Below are positions 1-9,698 of a stretch of DNA of 64,000 bases, piece after piece (the stretch's first letter is position 1; each line of letters starts with the position of its first letter). The position numbers and the translations under genes were made by a program. The DNA is from Bdellovibrio sp. (GTDB lineage: Bacteria > Bdellovibrionota > Bdellovibrionia > Bdellovibrionales > Bdellovibrionaceae). The notes under the pieces are model-generated. The model saw only the letters and a list, made by a program, of their open reading frames with translations. It did not search any database and was not told the DNA's origin. Location of the stretch: assembly GCA_036676395.1 (NCBI GenBank), contig JAKFCY010000002.1, positions 1,984,001 through 2,048,000 of the forward strand, in the 5' to 3' direction.

Positions 1-217
1 GAAGACTGTCATCATTGAGATCAAGACCTAAAACATTCATAATCTGAGAAAAATGAAATTTGATTTCTTCGATTTTTTCATCGGCTGATAAATTATTATC
101 AAACGTCGGCGAAGCTAACACATTGGCTAATACTTTATGCCCGTGTGTTTGTTTTTTAGTTTGTTTTTTAGCCTTAGGTTTTACTGATGTTTTTTTAGTC
201 TTTTTAGGTGCAGTCAT
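1..217 (-). CDS. folE: GTP cyclohydrolase I, N-terminal part (runs off the window start)
   Basis: Manually translated from ATG at 217: MTAPKKTKK...EKIEEIKFHFSQIMNVLGLDLNDDSL, matching the FolE IM..LGLDL.DDSL motif; not in the ORF track. Confidence 0.85.
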   Translation of the reverse strand, partial: MTAPKKTKKTSVKPKAKKQTKKQTHGHKVLANVLASPTFDNNLSADEKIEEIKFHFSQIMNVLGLDLNDDSL

Positions 218-241
218 AGAGTTAGATATAATCTATCTGGG

Positions 242-1381
242 CTACATATCCAATTTAAAAAACTGCACTTCTTGCTTAACCAGTTGTAACAAGCTTTCAA
301 TAGAGGAATTGGCTGCTAAAGTCGTTGGCAAACCCCTGGCCGGAACAAAAGATTCGGCTAAAATTCTTAACTTACCCGATGGAAACGCAATTGAACGCGT
401 ATCGATTTCTTGCTGGGCGCGCGAATCTAAAGCCTCTAAACCCCAGTCTTTGCAATTTTCGGTGTTTAAATCGAATTGTGCGTTCGTGTACTTACGCAAC
501 ACACCCTCTAAATGCTGAATCGGACGCAGCGGATGATCTAAAGTCATGCGAAAGGTAAAAATCACCTGATCTTGCTTTTGGCGCACAAAAAACTGGGCCG
601 TTTGCTGAGGTGGTGACAATTTGTAAAATGACTGCGCCATAAGGTCTTCGTTAATACGAAGCCCCTTTTTAAAATTCGCATTGATTTGTTTAGTCGAAAC
701 GACAATGCGAATATTAGTCCAGTTACGAGCTTGGGCTAATTGATCAAGTATAGGTTTTACGTCTTTAACTTCATCTAAATGACGAATTTTTAAAATTACA
801 TTCTGCGGTAAGGCTAAAATGACTTTTCGGGCAAAAAACATTCTTTCGCGATCACCGGCTTGAAAAGTTAATTGATAACGTGAACCAATTTTTCTTACAC
901 TGACTAATCGGTGCTGCAGGCGAATCTGTTTTTCAGGAATTAGGCCCTGCACGATGTCTGAAAGTTGGTCGACAAGGGCTGAGGCTCCATTTTTAAAAGT
1001 CCACGTTTTACTATCAAGATCGGTTTTTTCTAAATTCAGTTCTTTAGCTAAAGTATTTAAAGTCGTGTCTTTTTTAGAAAACTCAAACGCACCCCATTCA
1101 GTTTTATCAATGGTTTGAATTTTTCCGCCCAATCTTGACGAGGCCTCAAAAATTTTAAATGGAATTCTATTTTTTTTAAGTTCGTATGCAGCATATAGAC
1201 CGGCAATGCCGCCACCAATAATGACTACTTCGTTATCAAAATCAAACTGATCTTCGATGAGATATTCATCTAATGTCGAACAAGAGGGCAAAAGCGGTAA
1301 GAGCGACAGGCCCGCGGCTCCCCACAATGCTGTACTGAGAAATTCACGACGGTTAGTTCTAAAACGGTTTCGTTTCGACAT
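242..1381 (-). CDS. FAD-dependent oxidoreductase (flavin amine oxidase-like), probable Tat lipoprotein
   Basis: NRREFL twin-arginine motif, LPSC lipobox, VVIIGGGIAGLYAA dinucleotide-binding motif, FEASSRLGGK. Confidence 0.75.
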   Translation of the reverse strand: MSKRNRFRTNRREFLSTALWGAAGLSLLPLLPSCSTLDEYLIEDQFDFDNEVVIIGGGIAGLYAAYELKKNRIPFKIFEASSRLGGKIQTIDKTEWGAFEFSKKDTTLNTLAKELNLEKTDLDSKTWTFKNGASALVDQLSDIVQGLIPEKQIRLQHRLVSVRKIGSRYQLTFQAGDRERMFFARKVILALPQNVILKIRHLDEVKDVKPILDQLAQARNWTNIRIVVSTKQINANFKKGLRINEDLMAQSFYKLSPPQQTAQFFVRQKQDQVIFTFRMTLDHPLRPIQHLEGVLRKYTNAQFDLNTENCKDWGLEALDSRAQQEIDTRSIAFPSGKLRILAESFVPARGLPTTLAANSSIESLLQLVKQEVQFFKLDM

Positions 1382-1403
1382 AAAATTATGCTAGCGTGAA
1401 AAA

Positions 1404-1985
1404 ATGTTCCACACAAACGATCTTGAACAATTAATGCAAAAAGTTGATGGCTTTGGTTGGGGAATGACGTCATTAGACCCACTATTTGCTAACCTTTTGC
1501 TTGAACGATTTCAAGACGTGCAAAACCAAGGGCTTTTACAGTCTGCGACTATCACTCAACCGACTGATCAGGCTACAGCTATTCGTAACGATCTGACTTA
1601 CTGGCTGGAAAAACAGCACCACCCGACTGAAAGCAAAGTCTTAGAAAATCTTGAACAGGTTCTGACGGCTTTAAAGAATTATTTTCGCATTTCATTATCG
1701 CATTTAGAATGCCATTTTGCTTTTTATCCGCCAGGCCATTTTTATAAAAAACATATCGATCAAACTGAAAATAACAACAAGCGTTTTTTTTCGTTTGTGA
1801 TTTATTTAAATCCGAACTGGAAAACTAGTGATGGCGGTAAACTTATTGGCTACGACCAAGAGCAGAAATTATTTGAAGTTATACCGCACTTTGGAGAAAT
1901 GATTTTATTTCGCAGCGACATCCCTCATGAAGTTGAAACCAGTTACAACGAGCGCCGTTCGATTGCTGGATGGTTTCGCGTATGA
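1404..1985 (+). CDS. 2OG-Fe(II) oxygenase, EGLN/SM-20 prolyl-hydroxylase-like
   Basis: HID...H iron triad, IYLN..W...DGG.L, PHEV, R.SIAGWF. Confidence 0.85.
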   Translation: MFHTNDLEQLMQKVDGFGWGMTSLDPLFANLLLERFQDVQNQGLLQSATITQPTDQATAIRNDLTYWLEKQHHPTESKVLENLEQVLTALKNYFRISLSHLECHFAFYPPGHFYKKHIDQTENNNKRFFSFVIYLNPNWKTSDGGKLIGYDQEQKLFEVIPHFGEMILFRSDIPHEVETSYNERRSIAGWFRV

Positions 1986-3661
1986 AAAATTTAAGATCAC
2001 AAAAAGATGTCGTTTATTTTGTTTTGTTTGACCGTTTAGCGGTTCGCATTGGTATTATGTTACTTGCATTTTTTGCAACCTTAGCAGGCCTTGCGGTTCC
2101 CTATTTTCAACGTGATTTCATGCTCCAACTATCAACTAACCCTTTATTCGTGTGTACGCTACTGGCCCTGTTATCTTTTGTCTTAACGCAGATGACGAAC
2201 TTTTTAGGTCAACGCGAAGCTTTGATCACGCAAAAAGCGTTATCAGAAAAATTATACCACCACATCTTACGACTTAAGCCATTAACCACCAGCCACAAAA
2301 CTGTGGGTGAAATGGTCGCCTTATACACAACTGATATTCCAAGTTGCACGATGTGGCTTGAACAAACGATTCCCTATGCGCTGACGACGGCTTTTCCGTT
2401 AATGCTGGCACCGATATTTTTAAAAGTTGTCTATCATATTCCTTATAGCTTAACGTTATCTCTGATTGCAGCTTTGGTTTGTGTGAATCTATTATTAGCA
2501 CGCAGACAGTCTGGATTTTTCTATTATTTTAAAATCTTAGCCGGCCAGCGTATGGGTTTGGTGAATGAATGGATTCAAAATATTCGCGGACTTAAATCCC
2601 TAAACTGGATTCAGGGTTTCGAAAATAAAATTATCAAAAAACGTATTGAAGAAACAAATAATCGCATCGCTATGGTCACTAACGGTCAGATTATGAATTC
2701 GATTTCATCTAGTGTAACGTTCTGGCTAAACCTGGCGATTTTATTTTACGTGACCTATGCCCATAATGAACTGATCGGCCAAATTGATCTGATAGCTGTG
2801 ATGTGGGTCATGGGTGTATTTTTGTCAAAACCCTTAAGACAGCTGCCGTGGTTTTTTACGATGATGTTTGATGCCTGGACTTCGGTTCGCAGAACCGGCG
2901 ATTTTTTCTCGCTTGAAAATGCGCGTTACCATATCGATGATGAAAACACCGCTTTAACTGCTGACGAATCATTAGTGGTCGAAGATTTAAATTTAATTAT
3001 TGAAAATAAAATCGTTTTAAAAAACATTAATTTAAAAGTTAAAAAAAATGAAGTAGTGGCGATCATTGGCCCGATTGGCTGTGGCAAATCGGTTTTATTT
3101 AAATCACTGATGCGCGAAACTCCGTTTAAAGCCAAACGCCTGGCCCAACTGCCGCATAGTTATTTACCACAAGAACCTTTTATCTTAAGTGCGACGTTAA
3201 CAGAAAATATTATTCTGGATTATCATAACGAACCTTCTGAGGCGATTCATCACGCCGTAAAAGCTACGCAAGCCTTAAAACATGCGCAATTTGATATTGA
3301 GCATGATCGTATTAGTGATGGTTTACAAACAATCATTGGTGAGCGTGGGTTAAATATCTCGGGCGGACAAAAACAAAGACTAAATTTGGCCAGATTATTT
3401 TATAATCCCCTGCCATTATTTTTATTAGATGATCCCTTTAGCGCTGTCGATGTGGGCACCGAGAAAAAACTGATCGATGCCCTATTTACTTTAAAAGAAC
3501 AAGGGCATAGCTTTCTAGTGATCACTCAACGTTATGAGTTTTTAAAACACTGTGATCGTATTGTTTATTTAGAAAAAGGCGAAATCAAATTTAATGGCCC
3601 TTATACAGATTTTATAAGTCAGCCGAAATATCAAAAATTTATCGCAGGCGATATAACATGA
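1982..3661 (+). CDS. ABC exporter TMD-NBD half, resembling the ABCC/MRP first half
   Basis: Walker A GPIGCGKS, YLPQEP, IGERGLNISGGQKQR, Walker B LLDDPFSAVD; ATG 1982 overlaps the upstream TGA. Confidence 0.85.
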   Translation: MKNLRSQKDVVYFVLFDRLAVRIGIMLLAFFATLAGLAVPYFQRDFMLQLSTNPLFVCTLLALLSFVLTQMTNFLGQREALITQKALSEKLYHHILRLKPLTTSHKTVGEMVALYTTDIPSCTMWLEQTIPYALTTAFPLMLAPIFLKVVYHIPYSLTLSLIAALVCVNLLLARRQSGFFYYFKILAGQRMGLVNEWIQNIRGLKSLNWIQGFENKIIKKRIEETNNRIAMVTNGQIMNSISSSVTFWLNLAILFYVTYAHNELIGQIDLIAVMWVMGVFLSKPLRQLPWFFTMMFDAWTSVRRTGDFFSLENARYHIDDENTALTADESLVVEDLNLIIENKIVLKNINLKVKKNEVVAIIGPIGCGKSVLFKSLMRETPFKAKRLAQLPHSYLPQEPFILSATLTENIILDYHNEPSEAIHHAVKATQALKHAQFDIEHDRISDGLQTIIGERGLNISGGQKQRLNLARLFYNPLPLFLLDDPFSAVDVGTEKKLIDALFTLKEQGHSFLVITQRYEFLKHCDRIVYLEKGEIKFNGPYTDFISQPKYQKFIAGDIT

Positions 3662-5400
3662 AAAAAGCCTTTTCTAAAACCATCTTTGATACCCTGATGC
3701 AGGCCTATCGCCCTTTTATCGTTAGAATCATTACGGTGGTGATTTTAGGATTTGCCGCAAGATTGTTGTTTTTATCCAATGCCCAGATGATTGCTCGCTT
3801 TTATGACGCGCACAAAATTATTCAGCGTGATGATTTAGTTTCTTTAACTTCAAGTTTATTAGTTGTGCTGATCGTTTCATTTTTATTAACGCTTATTTAC
3901 CGCACGGTATTTTCAAGGCTTTCGGCTCTGGCGGTTTCGCGTATTTATGATGAAACGACTTACCGTGTGTCGCGCTACCCATTATCATATTTTGATAATA
4001 CTCCGGTCGGTAAAATCACGACGCGTTTTTCGAGTGATTACGGCAACATCTTTCGTTTATTCGGCGGACCTTTAGCCGAGTTTTTATCGATCATCTTTGA
4101 TTTAATCGGCATTACAATTTTAATCATGTTAACGCACCCGTATTTTGTGGTGAACTTGCTGTTAGCCGGCCTTGGTTTTTATGTGATTTTAAAACGTAAT
4201 CAAATCAGACTGCGTGAACATCGCCGTGAAGTTTCGATTTTACGTGGGCCTTCGGTGGCGCATTTTTCAGAAACTGTTCAGGGAAGCCTTTCGATCAGAC
4301 AAAATTCCAAAGTCAGAACTTTTATAAATCGCTTTTTAAAATTAGATGATCTTTATATCACCAGTAAATACCACATCGTAAAAAGCATTATGCGTTTTTC
4401 GACAGAACTGAATGTGATTTCTACGCTGTTATTTTTAATGAACGGCTTATTGGGAATGTATCTGGTGCACGAAGGCAAATTAGGCGCAGGACAAGTGGCC
4501 GTGATTTTAGGTTTCACTATTCTGGCGACAAATACCCTGCAGATGTTTTTTGAGTGGTACTCACAATTTGAAGAGGCTTTAGTGGGTGTTGAACGTTTAG
4601 ATGAATTTATTCGTAACCCGATCGAAGAAGGTGCCTTGCTGCCGTCGTATTCAGATTTTAAAACTCACCATCCGAAAAAAGATAAGTTAAATAAAACTTC
4701 TGAACCAGCGGCAAAACTTGCTTCTGATTTTAAATTAACCGTTGAAAACCTATCGCTTACATACCCAAATCAAAATCACCCCACACTTTTGAATGTGTCG
4801 TTTAAATTAAAACCTTCAGAAAAATTGGGAATCATTGGCCGAACCGGCGCCGGCAAGTCGACCTTGATTGCAGCACTTTTACGCTTATACCCTTTCAATC
4901 AAGGTGTGATCTTAATCGATAATGCTTTTAAAACAGATATTGAAGACCACCGTAAACAGTTTTCGTTGATTTCGCAGGATCAGTTTTTTATCAAGGGAAC
5001 AATCAAAGATAATCTTGATCTGTTTAACCAGTTTTCGAGTGATAAACTGAACGAGACCCTGAAGCTCGTGGGTCTGCCGCTACAGTTACATTTTATGCTG
5101 GATGAAAAGGGACAAAACCTTTCACAAGGTGAAAAACAGCTCTTAAGTCTGGCCCGCGGGCTCTTACAAAATGCAGAGATTTTCATCTTCGATGAAGCTA
5201 CCGCAAACATTGATCCGCAATCTGAAAAATTAATCGAATTAGCTCTGAAAAAGACTTTAGCCGACAAGACACAAATCCGAATAGCTCATAGACTGCAGAC
5301 AGTTTTGGATTGCGATAAGATTTTATGGCTTGAACACGGGCAGGTAAAAATGTTAGGTTCAACCCCAGAAGTTTTAAAAGCATTTGAAGCGTCTCGTTAG
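3658..5400 (+). CDS. ABC exporter TMD-NBD half, resembling the ABCC/MRP second half
   Basis: YFDNTPVGKITTRFSSD, EKLGIIGRTGAGKS, NLSQGEKQL, FDEATANID, IAHRL. Confidence 0.85.
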   Translation: MKKAFSKTIFDTLMQAYRPFIVRIITVVILGFAARLLFLSNAQMIARFYDAHKIIQRDDLVSLTSSLLVVLIVSFLLTLIYRTVFSRLSALAVSRIYDETTYRVSRYPLSYFDNTPVGKITTRFSSDYGNIFRLFGGPLAEFLSIIFDLIGITILIMLTHPYFVVNLLLAGLGFYVILKRNQIRLREHRREVSILRGPSVAHFSETVQGSLSIRQNSKVRTFINRFLKLDDLYITSKYHIVKSIMRFSTELNVISTLLFLMNGLLGMYLVHEGKLGAGQVAVILGFTILATNTLQMFFEWYSQFEEALVGVERLDEFIRNPIEEGALLPSYSDFKTHHPKKDKLNKTSEPAAKLASDFKLTVENLSLTYPNQNHPTLLNVSFKLKPSEKLGIIGRTGAGKSTLIAALLRLYPFNQGVILIDNAFKTDIEDHRKQFSLISQDQFFIKGTIKDNLDLFNQFSSDKLNETLKLVGLPLQLHFMLDEKGQNLSQGEKQLLSLARGLLQNAEIFIFDEATANIDPQSEKLIELALKKTLADKTQIRIAHRLQTVLDCDKILWLEHGQVKMLGSTPEVLKAFEASR

Positions 5401-5406
5401 GAAACT

Positions 5407-6792
5407 ATGTCAGACGAAAAAAAACCATCAAATCCACGCGACGAAAAGCCGCTGGATTTTATTGAGAACGAAGCCGAAAACGCTGTTGATGAAAACAGTG
5501 TTGAATTCCTTCGTATGAACTGGGCCCAGCTTCCGCAAGCCCAGAGCCATGATGCGTTCTTTCGTCTTTCTCGTACCGATGCCGAAGAATTATTCTTATC
5601 ACTGACAGCTCAAGATCAATTTCCTTTAATTAAAGCCTGTACTTCATTAGAAAAAAGATCTTGGATCAGATTATTAGCGCCGGATGATGCGGCCGATTTA
5701 ATTCAGGAAGAAGAAGCTGATCAGCGTGAAGCTTGGCTAAGCCTGCTTGATCCACAAACAAAACGCGAAGTGGGCGTGTTATTAGCTTACGCTGAAGACA
5801 ACGCCGGCGGTATCATGTCATCGCGCTTTTTACGTTTGCGCCCAAACATGAACGTCGACGAAGCGATTAGCTATATTCGTTTGCAGGCCAAAACTCAGGT
5901 TGAAACTATTTACTATGCTTACGTCTTAACAACGGATCAAAAGTTATTAGGCGTTGTCTCATTTCGAGAACTATTTGCTTCGGCTCCGCAAAAAAAAGTG
6001 GATGAGATCATGTCTTCAGACATTATCTCTGTGCCGGTTGATATGGATCAAGAACAAATTGGTCAGATCTTTAGCCAAAATAATTTAATGGCCCTACCCG
6101 TAATTGATGCTGATGAAAAAATGATTGGTATCGTCACGTTTGATGACGTGGCTGAAGTTATCCAAGAAGAGGCCACTGAAGATATTCATAAGATTGCCGG
6201 TATGGAAAGCTTAGATGCACCCTATTTACAAATCGGCTTTGCTGAAATGTTAAAAAAGCGCGCGGGCTGGTTAATCGTACTTTTAGTTGGTGGAATGTTT
6301 ACCACCACTGCACTTGGTTACTACGAAGATGAAATGCAGCGGGCCGCAGTTCTGTATATGTTTTTACCTTTGATTATTTCTTCGGGCGGTAACACGGGTT
6401 CGCAGGCCTCAACACTGGTGATTCGTGCTATGGCCTTAGGTGAAGTTCGCCTAAAAGATTGGTGGCGAGTTTTACTTCGCGAGATTTCTACGGGGCTTTG
6501 CCTGGGATTAATTTTGGGCGCGATTGCTTTACTTAGAATTTATTTATGGCCATGGGCTGAACAAATGTACGGCGAACATTATCGTTACATCGCACACACT
6601 GTCGCCGTTTCTATAATTGGCGTGGTTTTATGGGGCACGATTACAGGTTCAATGCTGCCATTTGTCTTAAGAAAATTTAAACTCGATCCCGCTTCAGCAT
6701 CTGCTCCTGCAGTTGCGACCATCGTGGATGTCACAGGTTTAATCATTTATTTCACCGCCGCTAGCCTAATTCTAAAAGGCATTTTGTTGTAA
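5407..6792 (+). CDS. mgtE: Magnesium transporter MgtE
   Basis: APDDAAD N-domain, CBS pair, EEATED, GGNTGSQ, DPASASAP..TIVD. Confidence 0.95.
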   Translation: MSDEKKPSNPRDEKPLDFIENEAENAVDENSVEFLRMNWAQLPQAQSHDAFFRLSRTDAEELFLSLTAQDQFPLIKACTSLEKRSWIRLLAPDDAADLIQEEEADQREAWLSLLDPQTKREVGVLLAYAEDNAGGIMSSRFLRLRPNMNVDEAISYIRLQAKTQVETIYYAYVLTTDQKLLGVVSFRELFASAPQKKVDEIMSSDIISVPVDMDQEQIGQIFSQNNLMALPVIDADEKMIGIVTFDDVAEVIQEEATEDIHKIAGMESLDAPYLQIGFAEMLKKRAGWLIVLLVGGMFTTTALGYYEDEMQRAAVLYMFLPLIISSGGNTGSQASTLVIRAMALGEVRLKDWWRVLLREISTGLCLGLILGAIALLRIYLWPWAEQMYGEHYRYIAHTVAVSIIGVVLWGTITGSMLPFVLRKFKLDPASASAPAVATIVDVTGLIIYFTAASLILKGILL

Positions 6793-6793
6793 T

Positions 6794-6809
6794 TGGCACT
6801 TCTCATGCT
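6794..6809 (+). promoter_or_regulatory. Sigma-54 -24/-12 promoter upstream of the SLT gene
   Basis: TGGCAC-TTCTC-ATGCT, GG-N10-GC, intergenic. Confidence 0.65.
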
Positions 6810-6871
6810 TAGTAAACCGTATGTACGTCAGGGAATGCACATACAGTTTTAGATCAACTAAGGAGATTTAA

Positions 6872-7654
6872 ATGCTAACAAAACCACAAAATGCGGCCTC
6901 ACAAGATAAAAATTACTTGTCGCTGCTTACACCAATCATCGTGGTAACGATTTTTACTTTTCAAACAAAAGTACAAGCGATGGCAATGGGGCCATACATT
7001 GATTTATCTGAAGTCAGAGCCGCTGCAAATAAGCCGCGCGCAAACACATGGAGCCAAACTTCAACGGCAAAATCCGCAGAAGATAAAAATACCGAAGATC
7101 ATGTGCGCGAAGTGATTCCATTATGGGAGACAAAATCACTCAATCACCGTTCTTGGAGTGAACATGTTTATGATGAATTACCGACTCTTGGCCCTGCCTT
7201 ATTAGCGGCGAATCCAACAGATGCAAAAATATTTTGTCCGAATTTTTCTAATTTATCAGATAGTGAAAGAAAACAATTCTGGGCATTTTTTATTTCGAGC
7301 ATGGTTAAATTTGAAAGTGGCTTTGACCCCAAATCAGCTTACACCGAAGGTTTCAGAGACAACACGGGCCGCTACGTTATTAGCCGCGGGTTATTGCAAA
7401 TTTCAATGGAGAGCAGCAAAGGTTACCGCTGTGGATTTACATCATCGACAGAAATTCACAGCCCTACCAAAAATTTAAGCTGCGGGATTAAAATTCTAAA
7501 TCACTGGATGAAAAAAGACCAACGTATCGCCAGCCGTTCTGGTTTAGGCTGGAAAGGTGGCGCCCGTTATTGGTCGGTACTACGCGCAGGTAAAAAATCC
7601 TCGTATCAATCCATTGTTAAATGGAGCAACGACTTACCATTTTGTAAATTATAA
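6872..7654 (+). CDS. Secreted lytic transglycosylase (SLT-domain) protein
   Basis: N-terminal hydrophobic segment; FESGFDP catalytic Glu, SRGLLQIS, NLSCG. Confidence 0.8.
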   Translation: MLTKPQNAASQDKNYLSLLTPIIVVTIFTFQTKVQAMAMGPYIDLSEVRAAANKPRANTWSQTSTAKSAEDKNTEDHVREVIPLWETKSLNHRSWSEHVYDELPTLGPALLAANPTDAKIFCPNFSNLSDSERKQFWAFFISSMVKFESGFDPKSAYTEGFRDNTGRYVISRGLLQISMESSKGYRCGFTSSTEIHSPTKNLSCGIKILNHWMKKDQRIASRSGLGWKGGARYWSVLRAGKKSSYQSIVKWSNDLPFCKL

Positions 7655-7665
7655 ATTGCGAAAAC

Positions 7666-9585
7666 TTACGTAGGGATCAAACCCTGCGTAAGCCCTTGCA
7701 CTTGTGATTTAAGATTTTCAGTGACGTTTAAGAATTTCACACCGAACGAGTTCAGTTCAGTTGACCAAACAATTTCGCCTTCGACTTCTTCGTGCACGTC
7801 TGAAATTTTTAATTTAATTTTTTGCCCTTTGGCAAACTGTTGCTCTGATTTAAATGATAATCCGCCAACCGCTAATGTTTGTGAAGCGGCACTAATCACT
7901 TGATCACCGATTTGAATCATCACTTCTTTAGCTACGCTGTAACGTTCGTACTGACGTAATGATACGTTTTTAGTTTGTTTGCGACGTAAACCAAAAGCCA
8001 TCGCCAGGGGCATTAACATCATAAAACCAAACATCAATGCCTGACCCATTTGCCCGCCACTTGGTGGACCTTGATTTAATTCATTCGCGATGGCTTTTAC
8101 TAAACCGCAACCACCCGCCGCACCACCAGGTTCAGCCGCGGGCGCTCTGTCTTCGGTTTTATAAACGGGTGAATAACTTGGAGCCCAAGCAGTAGAACTG
8201 ATCTGCGCTTGTGCTATTTGCATAACTTTAAGCGCGTTCACACGCCCTGCAGTTTGCGAATAACCATTCAGGTATGAAGAAGTATCTATTCCTGACATAA
8301 CGACACCACGGATTTGATAAGCCGACAAGTGCGGTGCTTCACGAATGGCCAGCGCGGCAATACCTGCCACTAACGGTGCTGCCATTGAAGTTCCGCTCAT
8401 TCTTTTTTTACAGTAAAGACTTAGATTATTGATATCCGAACACTGGCTGCCAGGTATAGTACTATCAATTAAATCACCTGGTGCAAAGATATGAACATAG
8501 GTCGAACTGTAATTAGAAAAAGGGGCTCGACGGTCTTCGCCCTTTGAAGCTCCGACGGCGATATTACTTGGCGTATCGAACATCGCCGGATAAGTTGCCT
8601 GAACGCCCAGATTCATACCGGAATTACCAGCCGCAGTTACGATCACGACATCGTTATCATAAGCAAACTTGTAAGCATCATGCAGTGCACGTGAATAAGA
8701 TCCGCCACCCCATGAATTATTAATAACCTTTGCGCCGTTATTAACTGCATAGTACATGGCGTCGATGGCGCTAGCGGTGCTGCCACTGCCTTCACCATTT
8801 AAAAATTTTAACGGCATAATGCGAATTTTTGATTCGCGCACAGGGTTTTGAAAAATATCCTGCCCAGCACCGACAACGATTCCGGCCACGTGTGTTCCGT
8901 GATCAGCATCGTCATACATGTTTGGCGAATTATCGACGAAATTCCAACCGTTGATATCATCAACATAACCATTACCATCATCATCAACACCAGTGATGCC
9001 ATTCACTTCGGCCAGGTTTTTATAAACAGCATTTGCATCAGCAAACACCGCATGCTGAATATCAACACCCGTATCAATAACCGCAACAATAGTTTTTGTT
9101 GCTGATGCCGGCAATTGTTGAATGGCCCATGATTCAGCAATTTGCACCCACGAGATTGTTTGTGTGTAGGTATCTGTAGACGATGCAGCAACACCCATAG
9201 CTGTTGAGGCTTCTGTATATTCTGGTTCTAAACTTAAAATATAGTTGGGTTCAATAAATTCGACTTCTGGATTTGCTTTTAAAGCTTCAAGATTTGTCGC
9301 CGATACATCACTGATATGCATCATACCTGCTTTTTCAAACTTGCCTTGCACACTTAGACCTTTAAAAGCTGATAAAATACGCGCACCTTTTTCAGAGGCC
9401 AGTTTGTTAGCCACGGCCATTCCAGAAAGACCCGCTTTACCGCTGAGTCTAACTGAACTCAATTGAGGTTTAAATTTAATGATATATTCGCCAGAAACAG
9501 CGACGTTCTGCGCATGCACGACCTGCGATAGAAAAATGAGCCCCAAAGCTGTATAAAGCCAACGTACTTTAGTGAATGACGACAT
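7666..9585 (-). CDS. Subtilisin-like S8 serine protease with C-terminal TM helix and PilZ-like domain
   Basis: Signal peptide; triad VIDTG, HGTHVAG, SGTSMAAP; GGCG linker, TM segment, then RQYER and LAVGGL PilZ-like motifs. Confidence 0.9.
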   Translation of the reverse strand: MSSFTKVRWLYTALGLIFLSQVVHAQNVAVSGEYIIKFKPQLSSVRLSGKAGLSGMAVANKLASEKGARILSAFKGLSVQGKFEKAGMMHISDVSATNLEALKANPEVEFIEPNYILSLEPEYTEASTAMGVAASSTDTYTQTISWVQIAESWAIQQLPASATKTIVAVIDTGVDIQHAVFADANAVYKNLAEVNGITGVDDDGNGYVDDINGWNFVDNSPNMYDDADHGTHVAGIVVGAGQDIFQNPVRESKIRIMPLKFLNGEGSGSTASAIDAMYYAVNNGAKVINNSWGGGSYSRALHDAYKFAYDNDVVIVTAAGNSGMNLGVQATYPAMFDTPSNIAVGASKGEDRRAPFSNYSSTYVHIFAPGDLIDSTIPGSQCSDINNLSLYCKKRMSGTSMAAPLVAGIAALAIREAPHLSAYQIRGVVMSGIDTSSYLNGYSQTAGRVNALKVMQIAQAQISSTAWAPSYSPVYKTEDRAPAAEPGGAAGGCGLVKAIANELNQGPPSGGQMGQALMFGFMMLMPLAMAFGLRRKQTKNVSLRQYERYSVAKEVMIQIGDQVISAASQTLAVGGLSFKSEQQFAKGQKIKLKISDVHEEVEGEIVWSTELNSFGVKFLNVTENLKSQVQGLTQGLIPT

Positions 9586-9592
9586 ACTTAGA

Positions 9593-9619
9593 TTATCGTC
9601 TGGTTAGACCTTAATCTAA
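9593..9619 (-). promoter_or_regulatory. Possible sigma-28 (FliA) promoter of the S8-PilZ gene
   Basis: Minus strand TTAG-N15-GACGATAA versus consensus TAAA-N15-GCCGATAA. Confidence 0.4.
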
Positions 9620-9698
9620 AGGGTGAGATGAGCAAGTCTCACTATAAGACAACAAAGTCGTTGTCGATCTTGGGGTAATGTTTATAAAATAGAATTAT

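Noticed and set aside
60..558. Plus-strand ORFs 60..518 and 325..558
   Set aside because: Shadows of folE and the flavoprotein on the opposite strand; no recognisable motifs
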